A stretch of 64,000 nucleotides of DNA from Spirochaetia bacterium (lineage in GTDB: Bacteria > Spirochaetota > Spirochaetia > SZUA-6 > Bin103), in assembly GCA_965203515.1 (NCBI GenBank), contig OZ241907.1, forward strand, positions 512,001 through 576,000. Reading direction: 5' to 3'. A model generated the notes under the pieces. It worked only from the letters and a program-made list of their open reading frames with translations, had not been told where the DNA came from and made no database searches. Of the stretch, positions 31,969 to 41,052 are shown piece after piece. The first letter of the stretch is position 1. Each line of letters begins with the position of its first letter. A program made the position numbers and the translations under genes.

Positions 31969-33213
31969 TCAGCCGGCGGCGTGCGCGGCCGTGCGGGCCG
32001 CCGGCTCGACCAGCAGCGGCTGCTCGACCAGCCGCTGCCGCTCCGCCCGCGCCAGCATCCGCAGCCGGGATTCGAGCTCTTCCCGTTCGCCGTAGCAGCC
32101 GCGCAGCAGGCGGCGGCCCGAAGCGGTATCGAAGGCGGTGCGGCCGTGCAGCATGCGCCGGTTGTCGAAGGCGGCCAGATCGCCCGGACGGAGGCGCAGC
32201 CGGCGCTGGTTGGCGGGGTCGTTCGCCAGGCGCTGGAAGCGCCGGAAGGCGGCGTAGAACGCCTTGATCGTGGCCGTGTCGCCGGCCATGGGGTTGCGCA
32301 GCCACCACGTGTAGCGCACCGTCGACAACTCGCCGGCGGCGTCGAACTCCAGCACCGGGGCGCGGAAGCGGTGATCGGAGTCCCGGTTGCGGGTGCCGAA
32401 CGGCACGGCGACGGTGGCCAGCACCTCGAAGGATTCCGGGGATTCGGCCTTGAGCTGCTCGGCCACCGCGTAGGCGTCCACGAAGATGCTGTCGCCGCCT
32501 GCGCAGGAGTTGTGCAGACAGAACAGGAACTGCAGTCCGGGCACGTATTCGCGGGTGCACAGGTCGTTGTGCGCCGGCAGGGCGACGCTGGTGAAGGCGT
32601 TGCTGTCCGCGTCGGGGCGGCTCTCCACCTCCCAGACCATGCCGAAGTTGGAGTTGCGCAGGCAGCCGATGCGGCCGGGAATCTCCGGTACGACCTCCGG
32701 GTCCAGCGGGAGCTTCTCCACCAGGGCGAGTCCGTCGACGTGGATGGCGGTCAGCCACGCCCCGAACGCGGCGGCGTCCCCGGCGCGGATCGCTTCGCCG
32801 TCCAGCGTGGTGAGCGGCGCGTGCGGCGCTTCGCCGCGCGTCCACAGGCGCCGGGCCGGCAGGGCGTCGTCAGCCGGCGATTCGGGGCGGTGCGCCCACA
32901 GCCAGCCGGGATGATAGACGCTGGCCGGCCCCTCCGGGTGCCACGATACGCGCAGGCGGCCGTCGGGCAGCACCTCCGCGTCCGCGGCGCGCAGGTCGTC
33001 CGGCAGGTCGATGAGCATGATCACCTGCTCGCGGGTCACCGGGTGAATCGTGTCGAGATCGGGGCTGAACTCGCGCAACCACGGGCCGGGCAGGACGCTG
33101 GCGCTGCCGTCGTCCCAGCGGACCGCTACGTCGCCGTCGGCGACGCGCGCGCTGCGAAGCGTTCGGGTGACGGGATAGAAATCGAAGTCCGGAACCGAAG
33201 GCGTCTGGTCCAT
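31969..33213 (-). CDS. Gamma-butyrobetaine dioxygenase-like Fe/2OG enzyme (TauD family)
   Basis: AFTSVALPAHNDLCTRE..PGLQFL, FDNRRMLHGR..F, RGCY; carnitine operon context. Confidence 0.8.
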   Translation of the reverse strand: MDQTPSVPDFDFYPVTRTLRSARVADGDVAVRWDDGSASVLPGPWLREFSPDLDTIHPVTREQVIMLIDLPDDLRAADAEVLPDGRLRVSWHPEGPASVYHPGWLWAHRPESPADDALPARRLWTRGEAPHAPLTTLDGEAIRAGDAAAFGAWLTAIHVDGLALVEKLPLDPEVVPEIPGRIGCLRNSNFGMVWEVESRPDADSNAFTSVALPAHNDLCTREYVPGLQFLFCLHNSCAGGDSIFVDAYAVAEQLKAESPESFEVLATVAVPFGTRNRDSDHRFRAPVLEFDAAGELSTVRYTWWLRNPMAGDTATIKAFYAAFRRFQRLANDPANQRRLRLRPGDLAAFDNRRMLHGRTAFDTASGRRLLRGCYGEREELESRLRMLARAERQRLVEQPLLVEPAARTAAHAAG

Positions 33214-33381
33214 GGCACCCTCCAATCAGCGTCCGCTGCCAGCGCTTACCCGCCGCTCGTCACGGCACCGGTAGAGATTACCACGAGGAGGGGGCGGGCG
33301 GCATCCGCGGTCCGCCGCCCGGCGCTTGGGCAGCGGCGCCGCGTGACGTATACTCCTGCGCGCGCTTCAAGGCTGGATCGA

Positions 33382-34002
33382 ATGTTGCAGACGCTGTACT
33401 GGTTTACCGCGATCTTCGGAGTCGGCGTGACGGTGGTCGATCTGCTGGGGCTGATCGGCTCCGGCGGCGAAGGCTCCGGCGGCGGCGAGGGCTCCGGCGG
33501 CGACCAGGCTTCCGGCGACCAGGCTTCCGGCGACCAGGCTTCCGGTGAGGACGCAGGCGGCGAATCCGGCGGCGGCGCGCCGGTCCTCTCCTTCCTGCGC
33601 TACGTGCGTACCGCGATCTACTTCTGCCTGGGATTCGGACCGTTCGGCATCGCGTCGACCGCGTTCGGAGCGGGCGCCGCCGGCAGCCTGGTCTGGGCGC
33701 TCGCGGGGGGGAGCGCGGTAGCGGTGCTGGCGCGCCTGTTCTTCCGGCTGCAGCGCACCGACCTCGATTCGAGCATCGAGGAAGAGGAGCTTCTGTTCGA
33801 GGAGGCCACCGTGATCGCGCCGATCGCCGGCGGCGGCATGGGCAAGGTGCGCATCCGCCTGGGCCAGTCGGTGGCGGAGCGGTACGCGCTGGCCGAGAAT
33901 CCTGAAGAGCGCTTTGCCGTCGACGCCCGCGTGCAGGTGGCGCAGGTCACCGATCGGTGCGTGTACGTGCGCGGACTCGATGCTGCCCGGGAGCTTCCGT
34001 GA
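33382..34002 (+). CDS. NfeD-like membrane protein
   Basis: TM segments, acidic loop, C-terminal OB-like GKVRIRLG; upstream of flotillins. Confidence 0.75.
   Translation: MLQTLYWFTAIFGVGVTVVDLLGLIGSGGEGSGGGEGSGGDQASGDQASGDQASGEDAGGESGGGAPVLSFLRYVRTAIYFCLGFGPFGIASTAFGAGAAGSLVWALAGGSAVAVLARLFFRLQRTDLDSSIEEEELLFEEATVIAPIAGGGMGKVRIRLGQSVAERYALAENPEERFAVDARVQVAQVTDRCVYVRGLDAARELP
33468..33546 (+). repeat. 15-bp coding tandem repeats (GGEGS x2, GDQAS x3)
   Basis: GGCGACCAGGCTTCC x3 seen directly. Confidence 0.9.
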
Positions 34003-34057
34003 CGACGGATCGAAGCGCTGTCGCCGATCGTACCGAAATGACCGAACTGGAGGAGCT

Positions 34058-35437
34058 ATGGATACGGCAGCCTTTACGGCCGGCGGCGCGATCGCCGCGG
34101 TCGCGCTGTTCTTCGTGATCATCGGCGGGCTCAAGTCCCTTATCAGGGTCTGCCCGCCCAATCAGGTGCTGGTGGTGACCGGCACCAAGACGCAGGTCGG
34201 CGGCAAGAGCTACGGCTTCCGATTGCAGCGCGGCGGTTGGACGTTCGTGCTCCCCTTCTTTCAGAGCGCGCGGGGGCTGGAACTGAGCACCATCCCGATC
34301 GACGTGCGGGTGGAGGGCGTGAACTCGGCAAACGGCATCACGGTCGGCGCCGACGCCACCGCCTGCGTCTGCGTCGACCATGAGGATGACTCGCTCCTCT
34401 ACTCCGCCGTCGAACGGCTGATGGGCAAGACCCGGGGGGAGATCCAGGAGCAGATACAGCAGACCATGGTGGGCAACTTCCGCGGCGCGCTCAACAAGAC
34501 CACGCCGTTGCAGGCGATCGGCATGGTGGAGAGCGTCGACGAGGAGGATCGCGTCGGCGAGGGCGATGCGCGGGCCGGCGGCGCGGGCCCCGACACCGAC
34601 GGCGAACGCGCGCAGTTCCGGGCCGAGCTGCTGCGCGACAGCAATCAGGACCTGAGCACCTTCGGCATGCGGGTCGTGTCGGTATCGCTGCAGAAGATCT
34701 GGGATACCTCCAACTACATCGCCAACCTGGCCAACAAGACGCTGTCCCGCAAACGCCAGGAGGTGGAGATCGAGGAGGCGCGGTTGAAGGCGCAGGCGGA
34801 GCGCTCTGAATCGGACGCCAAGCGCCGCATGACCGTAGCCGAGAATACCGCCAATGAGAAGATCATCGCCGCCGAGCAGGAGTTGGAAGTGCTCCGGCGC
34901 ACCGCCGAGGCGGAGGTGGAGCAGGCCCGTCTGGAAGCCGACAGCGCCATCGAGCGGGCCGACAGCGAAGGCGAGCGGTCCGTTCAGGAGATCGCCGTCG
35001 ATCTGCGCAAGCTCAAGAACGTCTCCGACGTGACGCTGGAGGCGGACACCAAGCGGCGGGCGGCGGAGATCCTGGCGAACGGCCAGAACCAATCGGTCCA
35101 GATCGTCGAGTCGACGCAGAACGACCTGCTCGATCAGAAGGCCCGGATGGTCGCGGGCGCCGACGTCGGCCGGATCGCGCTGTTCGTCCAGCAGCAGCTG
35201 CCGGGATTGTTCGCGGCGTACGAGCGCTACGCGCGCGAGATGGAGATCGACAACGTCGTGATCATGGATGACGACCGGGGCATGAACGGGCTGCTCAACC
35301 GCGGGCCGGAAGCGTTCGTAGACTTTCTGCACAAGTTCGAGGAGGGATTCGGCATCAGCGTCAAGGAGTTGATGAGCCGGTCCGACGCCAGCGGCGCGGA
35401 CGCCGGCGGCGCGGACGCCGCGGAGGGTCGATCATGA
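34058..35437 (+). CDS. SPFH/flotillin family protein 1
   Basis: GGAGGAG RBS; VCPPNQVLVVTG, GGWTFVLP; Ala/Glu-rich coiled coil. Confidence 0.85.
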   Translation: MDTAAFTAGGAIAAVALFFVIIGGLKSLIRVCPPNQVLVVTGTKTQVGGKSYGFRLQRGGWTFVLPFFQSARGLELSTIPIDVRVEGVNSANGITVGADATACVCVDHEDDSLLYSAVERLMGKTRGEIQEQIQQTMVGNFRGALNKTTPLQAIGMVESVDEEDRVGEGDARAGGAGPDTDGERAQFRAELLRDSNQDLSTFGMRVVSVSLQKIWDTSNYIANLANKTLSRKRQEVEIEEARLKAQAERSESDAKRRMTVAENTANEKIIAAEQELEVLRRTAEAEVEQARLEADSAIERADSEGERSVQEIAVDLRKLKNVSDVTLEADTKRRAAEILANGQNQSVQIVESTQNDLLDQKARMVAGADVGRIALFVQQQLPGLFAAYERYAREMEIDNVVIMDDDRGMNGLLNRGPEAFVDFLHKFEEGFGISVKELMSRSDASGADAGGADAAEGRS

Positions 35438-36690
35438 TCGCCTTCATCGTCGTCTTCCTCCTGCTGGTACTCTTCACGCTGGTGATCCAACTGGTCACCA
35501 AGATGAAGATCGTCGGCGCCGACGAGCTGGCGATCGTGGCCGGCAAGGGCCGCGGCTTCTCGTGGCTGCGGGGCGGGCGCGTGTTCGTGTTCCCGCTCAT
35601 CCACCGCTTCTTCCGCATGGACATGCGGCCGCGCACCACCAGCGTGCGGGTGGAATCGGCGATCGCGGCCGGCATCGTGCCGCTCACCGTGGTCGCGACC
35701 GTGAGCTTCGCGGTGGCGTCCTCCGGCGAAGGGTTGCGCAACGCGATCCGGCGCGTCCTGTTGATGACGCGCGACTGGAACGAACTGACCGGCATCGCCG
35801 CCGGCATCATCGAGGGGCATCTGCGCGACTCGATCGCGACCATGACGCCCGAGGAGGTGATGACGGACAAGGATCGGCTGGTGCAGAACATGATCCGCGT
35901 CTGCAAGTCCGACCTGGAGGGCATCGGTCTGGAGATCACGGCGATGAACATCGCCGACGTGGACGACCATCGCCTGGCGGGGGTGCGCGAGCCGGAGCTC
36001 TACATCGCCCTGCTGAAGCGCATCCAGTCGGCCAACGCCGAATCGCAGTCGCGCGCCGCGCAGGCGCAGGCGCGCGCGGCGGCCAAGGAGGAGTCGGAGA
36101 CGCGGCGCGCGGAGGTCGCGGTGCGCGAGGCGCAGAATGCCAAGGAGAGCCTGCTGGCGGAGACCCGCGTCAAGGTCGCGCAAGAGACGCAGCGCAGCGC
36201 CATCGGCGTGCGCCGGGCCGAGCGCGACGCGCAGGCCAAGGTCGCCGGCATCAAGGCGCAGATCGGCGCTGAGCAGCAGCGCATCGAGATGCTCCGGGAG
36301 CGCTATCGAGCGGAGATACTGGTCCCGGCGGAAGCGGAGAAGGAGCGGATGGTCCTGCATGCGCAGGCGCAGGCCGCCGAGCGGCGCGGCCGGGCGCAGG
36401 GAGAGATCGATCAGCTCAACCGGACGATCGACATCCTGCGCGCGGGCGGTCAGGCGGGCCTTGCCGCCTACATCATCGAGAACTTCGAGAAGTTCATCCA
36501 ACCGTTCTCGCAGACGCTGTCGCTGTTCCCGGCCAAGCACGCCACGGTCATTTCCGGGGCGGCCGGGACGCATGCGCCGATCTCCGGGGTCCATCCGCAC
36601 CCGGTGGAGGAACAGAAGGCGCGGCTCACGCTGCAGGCGCTGGGCGCCATCTCGACCGCCGAGGAGTCGCCGGTCGCCGCCAAGAGGTAA
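35434..36690 (+). CDS. SPFH/flotillin family protein 2
   Basis: GGRVFVFP, IEGHLR..IATMTPEE, DLEGIGLEI; AEAE coiled coil. Confidence 0.88.
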   Translation: MIAFIVVFLLLVLFTLVIQLVTKMKIVGADELAIVAGKGRGFSWLRGGRVFVFPLIHRFFRMDMRPRTTSVRVESAIAAGIVPLTVVATVSFAVASSGEGLRNAIRRVLLMTRDWNELTGIAAGIIEGHLRDSIATMTPEEVMTDKDRLVQNMIRVCKSDLEGIGLEITAMNIADVDDHRLAGVREPELYIALLKRIQSANAESQSRAAQAQARAAAKEESETRRAEVAVREAQNAKESLLAETRVKVAQETQRSAIGVRRAERDAQAKVAGIKAQIGAEQQRIEMLRERYRAEILVPAEAEKERMVLHAQAQAAERRGRAQGEIDQLNRTIDILRAGGQAGLAAYIIENFEKFIQPFSQTLSLFPAKHATVISGAAGTHAPISGVHPHPVEEQKARLTLQALGAISTAEESPVAAKR

Positions 36691-36716
36691 CGCGGAGGAA
36701 ACGCGGAGCTAAACAC

Positions 36717-36744
36717 GGGCGCGCGGCGGTCCTGCCGCGCGCCC
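36717..36744. terminator. Hairpin between convergent genes
   Basis: GGGCGCGCGGC-N6-GCCGCGCGCCC. Confidence 0.6.
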
Positions 36745-37671
36745 TCAATCGATGATCTTGTTCAGAGGATACTCGACGATGCCGCTGGCGCCCGCGTCCT
36801 TGAGGCGCGGGATGAGATCGCGCACCACCGACTCGTCGATGACCGTGTTGACCGCCACCCAGCCGCCGGTGGCCGGTGAGCCGCCGTTGGCCAGTGCGGA
36901 GACCGTCGGCCTCCGCAGCGCCGGCAGCGCCTCCAGGACCGCGTCGAGGCGCTTCTGCGGAACGTTCATCATCAGCCCGACCTTGCCCTCGGCGGCCATG
37001 GCGCCGCGCAGCATGAGGGCCAGGTTCTCGATCTTGCGGCGCTTCCAGCCGTCCTGCCACGCCGACTCGTTGGCGATCAGGCGCGGCGTGCTGGTCACGA
37101 TCGTGTCGACGATCCGCAGGTTGTTGGCGCGCAGCGAGCTGCCGGTCTCCGTGATCTCCACGATCGCGTCGGCCAGTCGGGGGGGCTTGACCTCGGTCGC
37201 CCCCCAGGAGAACTCGACGTGCGCCTGCACGCCGTGCCTGGCCAGATAGTCGGTGGTCAGATTGACCGCCTCGGTGGCGACGTGCTTGCCCTGCAGGTCC
37301 TGCGGGCTGCGAATCGGCGAATGCTCCGGCACGGCCAGGACCCAGCGCACCGGCCCGCGGCTCACCTTGGAGAAGACCAGCTCGGCCACCTCTACCACCT
37401 GCGCGCGGTTCTCCACGATCCAGTCGCGGCCGGTCAGACCGACGTCCATCACGCCGTCCTGCACGTAGCGGGCGATCTCCTGCGCGCGGATCAGGATGCA
37501 CTCGATCTCCGGATCGTCGATGGCGGGATAGAAGGACCGGGAGGAGAACGTGATCTCGTACCCCGCCTTGCGGAACAGGGCGGCGGTCGCCTCCTGCAGG
37601 CTGCCGGCGGGGATGCCGAGCTTCAGCTTCCGCGGTCGGTCCATGGAGCGCTCGCTACGGCTTTCCGGCAT
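36745..37671 (-). CDS. hisG: ATP phosphoribosyltransferase (long form)
   Basis: [35 protein letters not shown]-terminal regulatory domain; alternative start 37644. Confidence 0.95.
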   Translation of the reverse strand: MPESRSERSMDRPRKLKLGIPAGSLQEATAALFRKAGYEITFSSRSFYPAIDDPEIECILIRAQEIARYVQDGVMDVGLTGRDWIVENRAQVVEVAELVFSKVSRGPVRWVLAVPEHSPIRSPQDLQGKHVATEAVNLTTDYLARHGVQAHVEFSWGATEVKPPRLADAIVEITETGSSLRANNLRIVDTIVTSTPRLIANESAWQDGWKRRKIENLALMLRGAMAAEGKVGLMMNVPQKRLDAVLEALPALRRPTVSALANGGSPATGGWVAVNTVIDESVVRDLIPRLKDAGASGIVEYPLNKIID

Positions 37672-38095
37672 ACACCTGCGCCGGGTCGAACACGCGCTCG
37701 GCGACCGACTGCGGCTCGCCGTCTTCCGCCACGCGGCGGAAGAAGCAGCTCCGATAGCCGGCGTGACACGCCGCGCCGCCGACCTGGCGGACTTTGATCA
37801 GCAGCGCGTCGGCGTCGCAGTCGACGTACACGCCGTGCACTTCCTGGATGTTGCCGCTCTCCTCGCCCTTGCGCCAGAGCCGGTTGCGGCTGCGTGAGAA
37901 GTAGCACGCGCGGCCGGTGCGCAGCGTCTCCGTGAACGACTCGCGATTCATGTAGCCGATCATGAGCACCTCGCCGGTCTCATGGTCTTGCGCGATCGCC
38001 GGGACGATGCCGCCGAGCTTCTCGAAGTCGACCGCGCGGTCCGGGGCGGCACCATTCCCATTGCTCGTATCGGGCTTCCCGGTATCAGGTTTCAT
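37655..38095 (-). CDS. hisI: Phosphoribosyl-AMP cyclohydrolase
   Basis: [34 protein letters not shown]. Confidence 0.95.
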   Translation of the reverse strand: MKPDTGKPDTSNGNGAAPDRAVDFEKLGGIVPAIAQDHETGEVLMIGYMNRESFTETLRTGRACYFSRSRNRLWRKGEESGNIQEVHGVYVDCDADALLIKVRQVGGAACHAGYRSCFFRRVAEDGEPQSVAERVFDPAQVYAGKP

Positions 38096-38194
38096 GGCCG
38101 GCACTCTACCACGCGCCGCCGCCGCATCGCGCGCTTGCCGCGGGCATGGCCAACCGGACAGAATCCCGGCCGGAAACAAGGGAGGGCACGCGGC

Positions 38195-39280
38195 ATGAAG
38201 CGGTATCGCGTCGGCATCATCGGCCTGGGACGGATGGGCAGCACCATCGACGACGAGGGGCACAGCACCGCTCCGTATTCGATCGCCGCGTCGTGCCGCG
38301 CCAGCGAACGCCTGGAGGTGGCGACCGGCGCCGACCTGCGGCCCGAGCGGCGGGACGCGTTCCGCGAGCGCTGGGGCGTGGAGGCGCTGTACGAGGACTA
38401 CCGGCTGATGGTCGCCGAACAACGTCCCGATCTGGTTGCGGTCTGCACCACCGCCTCGGGGCTGCAGAAGCCGGCCAAGGAGGCGCCGGACGCCGCCTTC
38501 CGCGGCGATTCGCACGCGGAGCTCACCGTCGCGCTCGCCGAGTTGCAGGTGCCGATGCTGTACGTGGAGAAGGCGATGGCCAGCTCGCCGCGCATGGCCG
38601 ATGCCGCGCGCGACGCCTGCATCGCCAACGGCACCGTGTTCAACACCGGCGTGCTGCGCCGCTTCGACAACCGCTACGACGCGGTGCGGCAGGCGATCGC
38701 CGGCGGCGCGATCGGCGCGCCGCTGGCCGCCGTCCACTATGCCGCGAGCAACTTGATGCATGGGCACGTGCACTCGATCGACACCCTGTCGTTCCTGCTT
38801 GACGATCCGTCGATCGATGCGGTGCGCGGCGAGTTGCTGCTCGACCCGCGCGGCGGCCCCCGGCCGGGGCACCACGTCCGCAGTGACCCGGACGCGACGT
38901 TTCAGCTCCGCTTTTCCGGCGGGGTGGAGGCGTGGAGCGTGCCGGCCGGCAACTGGGAGTTCGAGGTGCTCGGCACCAAGGGAGCGATCCGCGCCGAGAA
39001 CAACGGCGCCGGCGTCACGCTCCGTACCGCGGCCGGCGCCGGGCGGCGGCCGGACCTGGCGCCCGCTCCGTTCGAGGCGCCGGAGCCCCGCAGCCCGGTG
39101 GTGGCGTGTCTGGAGGACCTGGTCGACGCATACGAATCGGGCCGGCCGACGCGCGCGCCGGTCGATCTGAGCGCCCACGTCGTCGAGGCGTGCGTCGCCG
39201 TCGTGGAAAGCGACCTCCGCGGCGGCGTCTGGATCGATCTGCCGTTGGCCAACCGCGATCTGTACGTCTTTCACGTGTAG
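38195..39280 (+). CDS. Gfo/Idh/MocA oxidoreductase
   Basis: VGIIGLGRMG, YVEKAMA. Confidence 0.85.
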   Translation: MKRYRVGIIGLGRMGSTIDDEGHSTAPYSIAASCRASERLEVATGADLRPERRDAFRERWGVEALYEDYRLMVAEQRPDLVAVCTTASGLQKPAKEAPDAAFRGDSHAELTVALAELQVPMLYVEKAMASSPRMADAARDACIANGTVFNTGVLRRFDNRYDAVRQAIAGGAIGAPLAAVHYAASNLMHGHVHSIDTLSFLLDDPSIDAVRGELLLDPRGGPRPGHHVRSDPDATFQLRFSGGVEAWSVPAGNWEFEVLGTKGAIRAENNGAGVTLRTAAGAGRRPDLAPAPFEAPEPRSPVVACLEDLVDAYESGRPTRAPVDLSAHVVEACVAVVESDLRGGVWIDLPLANRDLYVFHV

Positions 39281-39292
39281 GCCGGGCCGCCG

Positions 39293-39988
39293 GTGCTGAT
39301 CGAGGCCGAGGACCTCACCAAGGTGTTTCACGCCGGCGCGGAGGAGGTGCATGCGATCCGGGGGGTGTCGGTCTCCATCCGCGCCGGCTGCTTCGTGCTG
39401 CTGCGCGGCCGCTCCGGCTCCGGCAAGACCACGCTGCTCAACCTGCTCGGCGGGCTCGACCGCCCCACCGCCGGCTCGGTGCGGATCGAAGGGCAGGACC
39501 TGCACGGCATGAACGGCGCGCAGCGCAACCGCTGGCGCCGCGACACGGCGGCGTTCGTGTTCCAGGCGCTCGCTCTGCTGCCGGGGCTCACGGCGCAGGA
39601 GAACGTCGACCTGCCGTTGCGCATCGCCGGGGTAGACCCGCGCACCGCGGCCCGGCGCGCGCGCGAGCAGCTCGACGGCGTGGGCCTGGGGGGGCGCGTC
39701 CACCACCGGGTATTCGAGCTGTCCGGCGGCGAGCAGCAGCGCGTGGCCGTGGCTCGCGCCCTGGTCAAGCGACCGGCCGTGCTGTTCGCGGACGAGCCGA
39801 CCGGCGAGCTCGATCAGGGGTCGGGCGCCACCGTGCTGCAGCTGCTCCGCTCCGCGGTCGACGAACGCGGCATGACCGCCGTGGTCACCAGCCACGATCA
39901 GCTGGCCAACCGGTACGCCGATCGGACGTACGCGATGGCGGACGGCGCGCTGCATCCGGTCTATTCGACCTCGGCGGAGCCGGCGTGA
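39293..39988 (+). CDS. ABC ATP-binding protein (LolD/MacB-type)
   Basis: GRSGSGKT, LSGGEQQR, DEPTG. Confidence 0.92.
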   Translation: MLIEAEDLTKVFHAGAEEVHAIRGVSVSIRAGCFVLLRGRSGSGKTTLLNLLGGLDRPTAGSVRIEGQDLHGMNGAQRNRWRRDTAAFVFQALALLPGLTAQENVDLPLRIAGVDPRTAARRAREQLDGVGLGGRVHHRVFELSGGEQQRVAVARALVKRPAVLFADEPTGELDQGSGATVLQLLRSAVDERGMTAVVTSHDQLANRYADRTYAMADGALHPVYSTSAEPA

Positions 39989-40047
39989 GGACCGCGGACC
40001 GCTGGCGGCGCGGCGCCCTTCCCACGGTCCGCGCGGCGCGGGCGGCG

Positions 40048-41052
40048 ATGAGCCGGACGGCGCTCGCTCTGGCGGTGCTCGCTCTGACGGTGCTCGCCCT
40101 GGCCGCATGCGAACGGCCGGCCGAAGACATGGAGCTGCCGGCTGAGCTGTCGGAACTCGGCGGCCGCACCTCGGCGCCTACCTATCCGGTGGAACGGCGC
40201 GACCTGTCGGTCGAGATCGAGCGGTCGGCGCGCGTGCAATCGGTACGGCTGCAGGAGCTCTACTTCCAGGAGAGCGGCCGGCTGGCCGAGTTGAACGTCG
40301 GGACCGGAGATCGGGTGACCGCGGGGCAGGTCCTGGCGCGGCTTGCCAGCGGCGCGATCCGGCACAGCCTGCGGCTGGCGGAGCTCGACCTGGAGATCGA
40401 TCGCCTGCGGGCCACGTCGCAGGGGCCGGGATCGTCGAGCCTGGACCGCCGCATACGCCGGCTGGAGGTGGCCAAGCGCGAGGCGACGGCCGACTTCCTG
40501 CGCCGGCGGCTGGAAGCGCACACCATTCGCGCGCCGTACGACGGGGTGATCACGCGGGTGAATCCCGAAGTGGATGAGGTGGTGGAGGGGTACCGCACCA
40601 TCATCGAGATCGCCGATCCGCAGGAGCTGGAGCTGCAGATGGAGGTGAGCGCGGATCAGTTCGACCGGGTGGAGGTGGGGCAACCGGCGCAGGTCGAGAT
40701 CGAGTCGGGCGCCTGGGCGTCGGGGATCGTGTCGCGGCTCACCAGCCGCACCACCGGCCGCGACGCCGCCCTGCGCCGCGAGGAGTACGTCGTCCACCTG
40801 ATGCTGGACGACGCCGCGGCCGTCTCGTTCCGCATGGGGGCGCGCCACGCGGCCCGCGTCCTGGTCGACTTTCGCCGCGACACCGTTCTGATTCCGGTCG
40901 CCGCGCTGCGCGAGTTCCAGGGCCGCACCTACGTCCGGGTGCTGGAAGGGGTCCGGCGGCGCGAGGTCGACGTCAAGGTGGGGGTCCGCACCGACACCCG
41001 GGTGGAGATTCTGGAGGGCCTGGAGTCCGGACAGATCGTCATCGGCAAATGA
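40048..41052 (+). CDS. Periplasmic adaptor (MFP/HlyD-like) lipoprotein
   Basis: Lipobox LAAC; GDRVTAGQVLA, IRAPYDGVI, VEILEGL. Confidence 0.85.
   Translation: MSRTALALAVLALTVLALAACERPAEDMELPAELSELGGRTSAPTYPVERRDLSVEIERSARVQSVRLQELYFQESGRLAELNVGTGDRVTAGQVLARLASGAIRHSLRLAELDLEIDRLRATSQGPGSSSLDRRIRRLEVAKREATADFLRRRLEAHTIRAPYDGVITRVNPEVDEVVEGYRTIIEIADPQELELQMEVSADQFDRVEVGQPAQVEIESGAWASGIVSRLTSRTTGRDAALRREEYVVHLMLDDAAAVSFRMGARHAARVLVDFRRDTVLIPVAALREFQGRTYVRVLEGVRRREVDVKVGVRTDTRVEILEGLESGQIVIGK

Noticed and set aside
37655..40108. 817-aa HisI fusion (likewise the long forms 31981-34002, 38932-41052, 45806-47242, 59309-61321, 61302-63419)
   Set aside because: Only the C-terminal portions are real genes; upstream parts overlap genuine genes in other frames.
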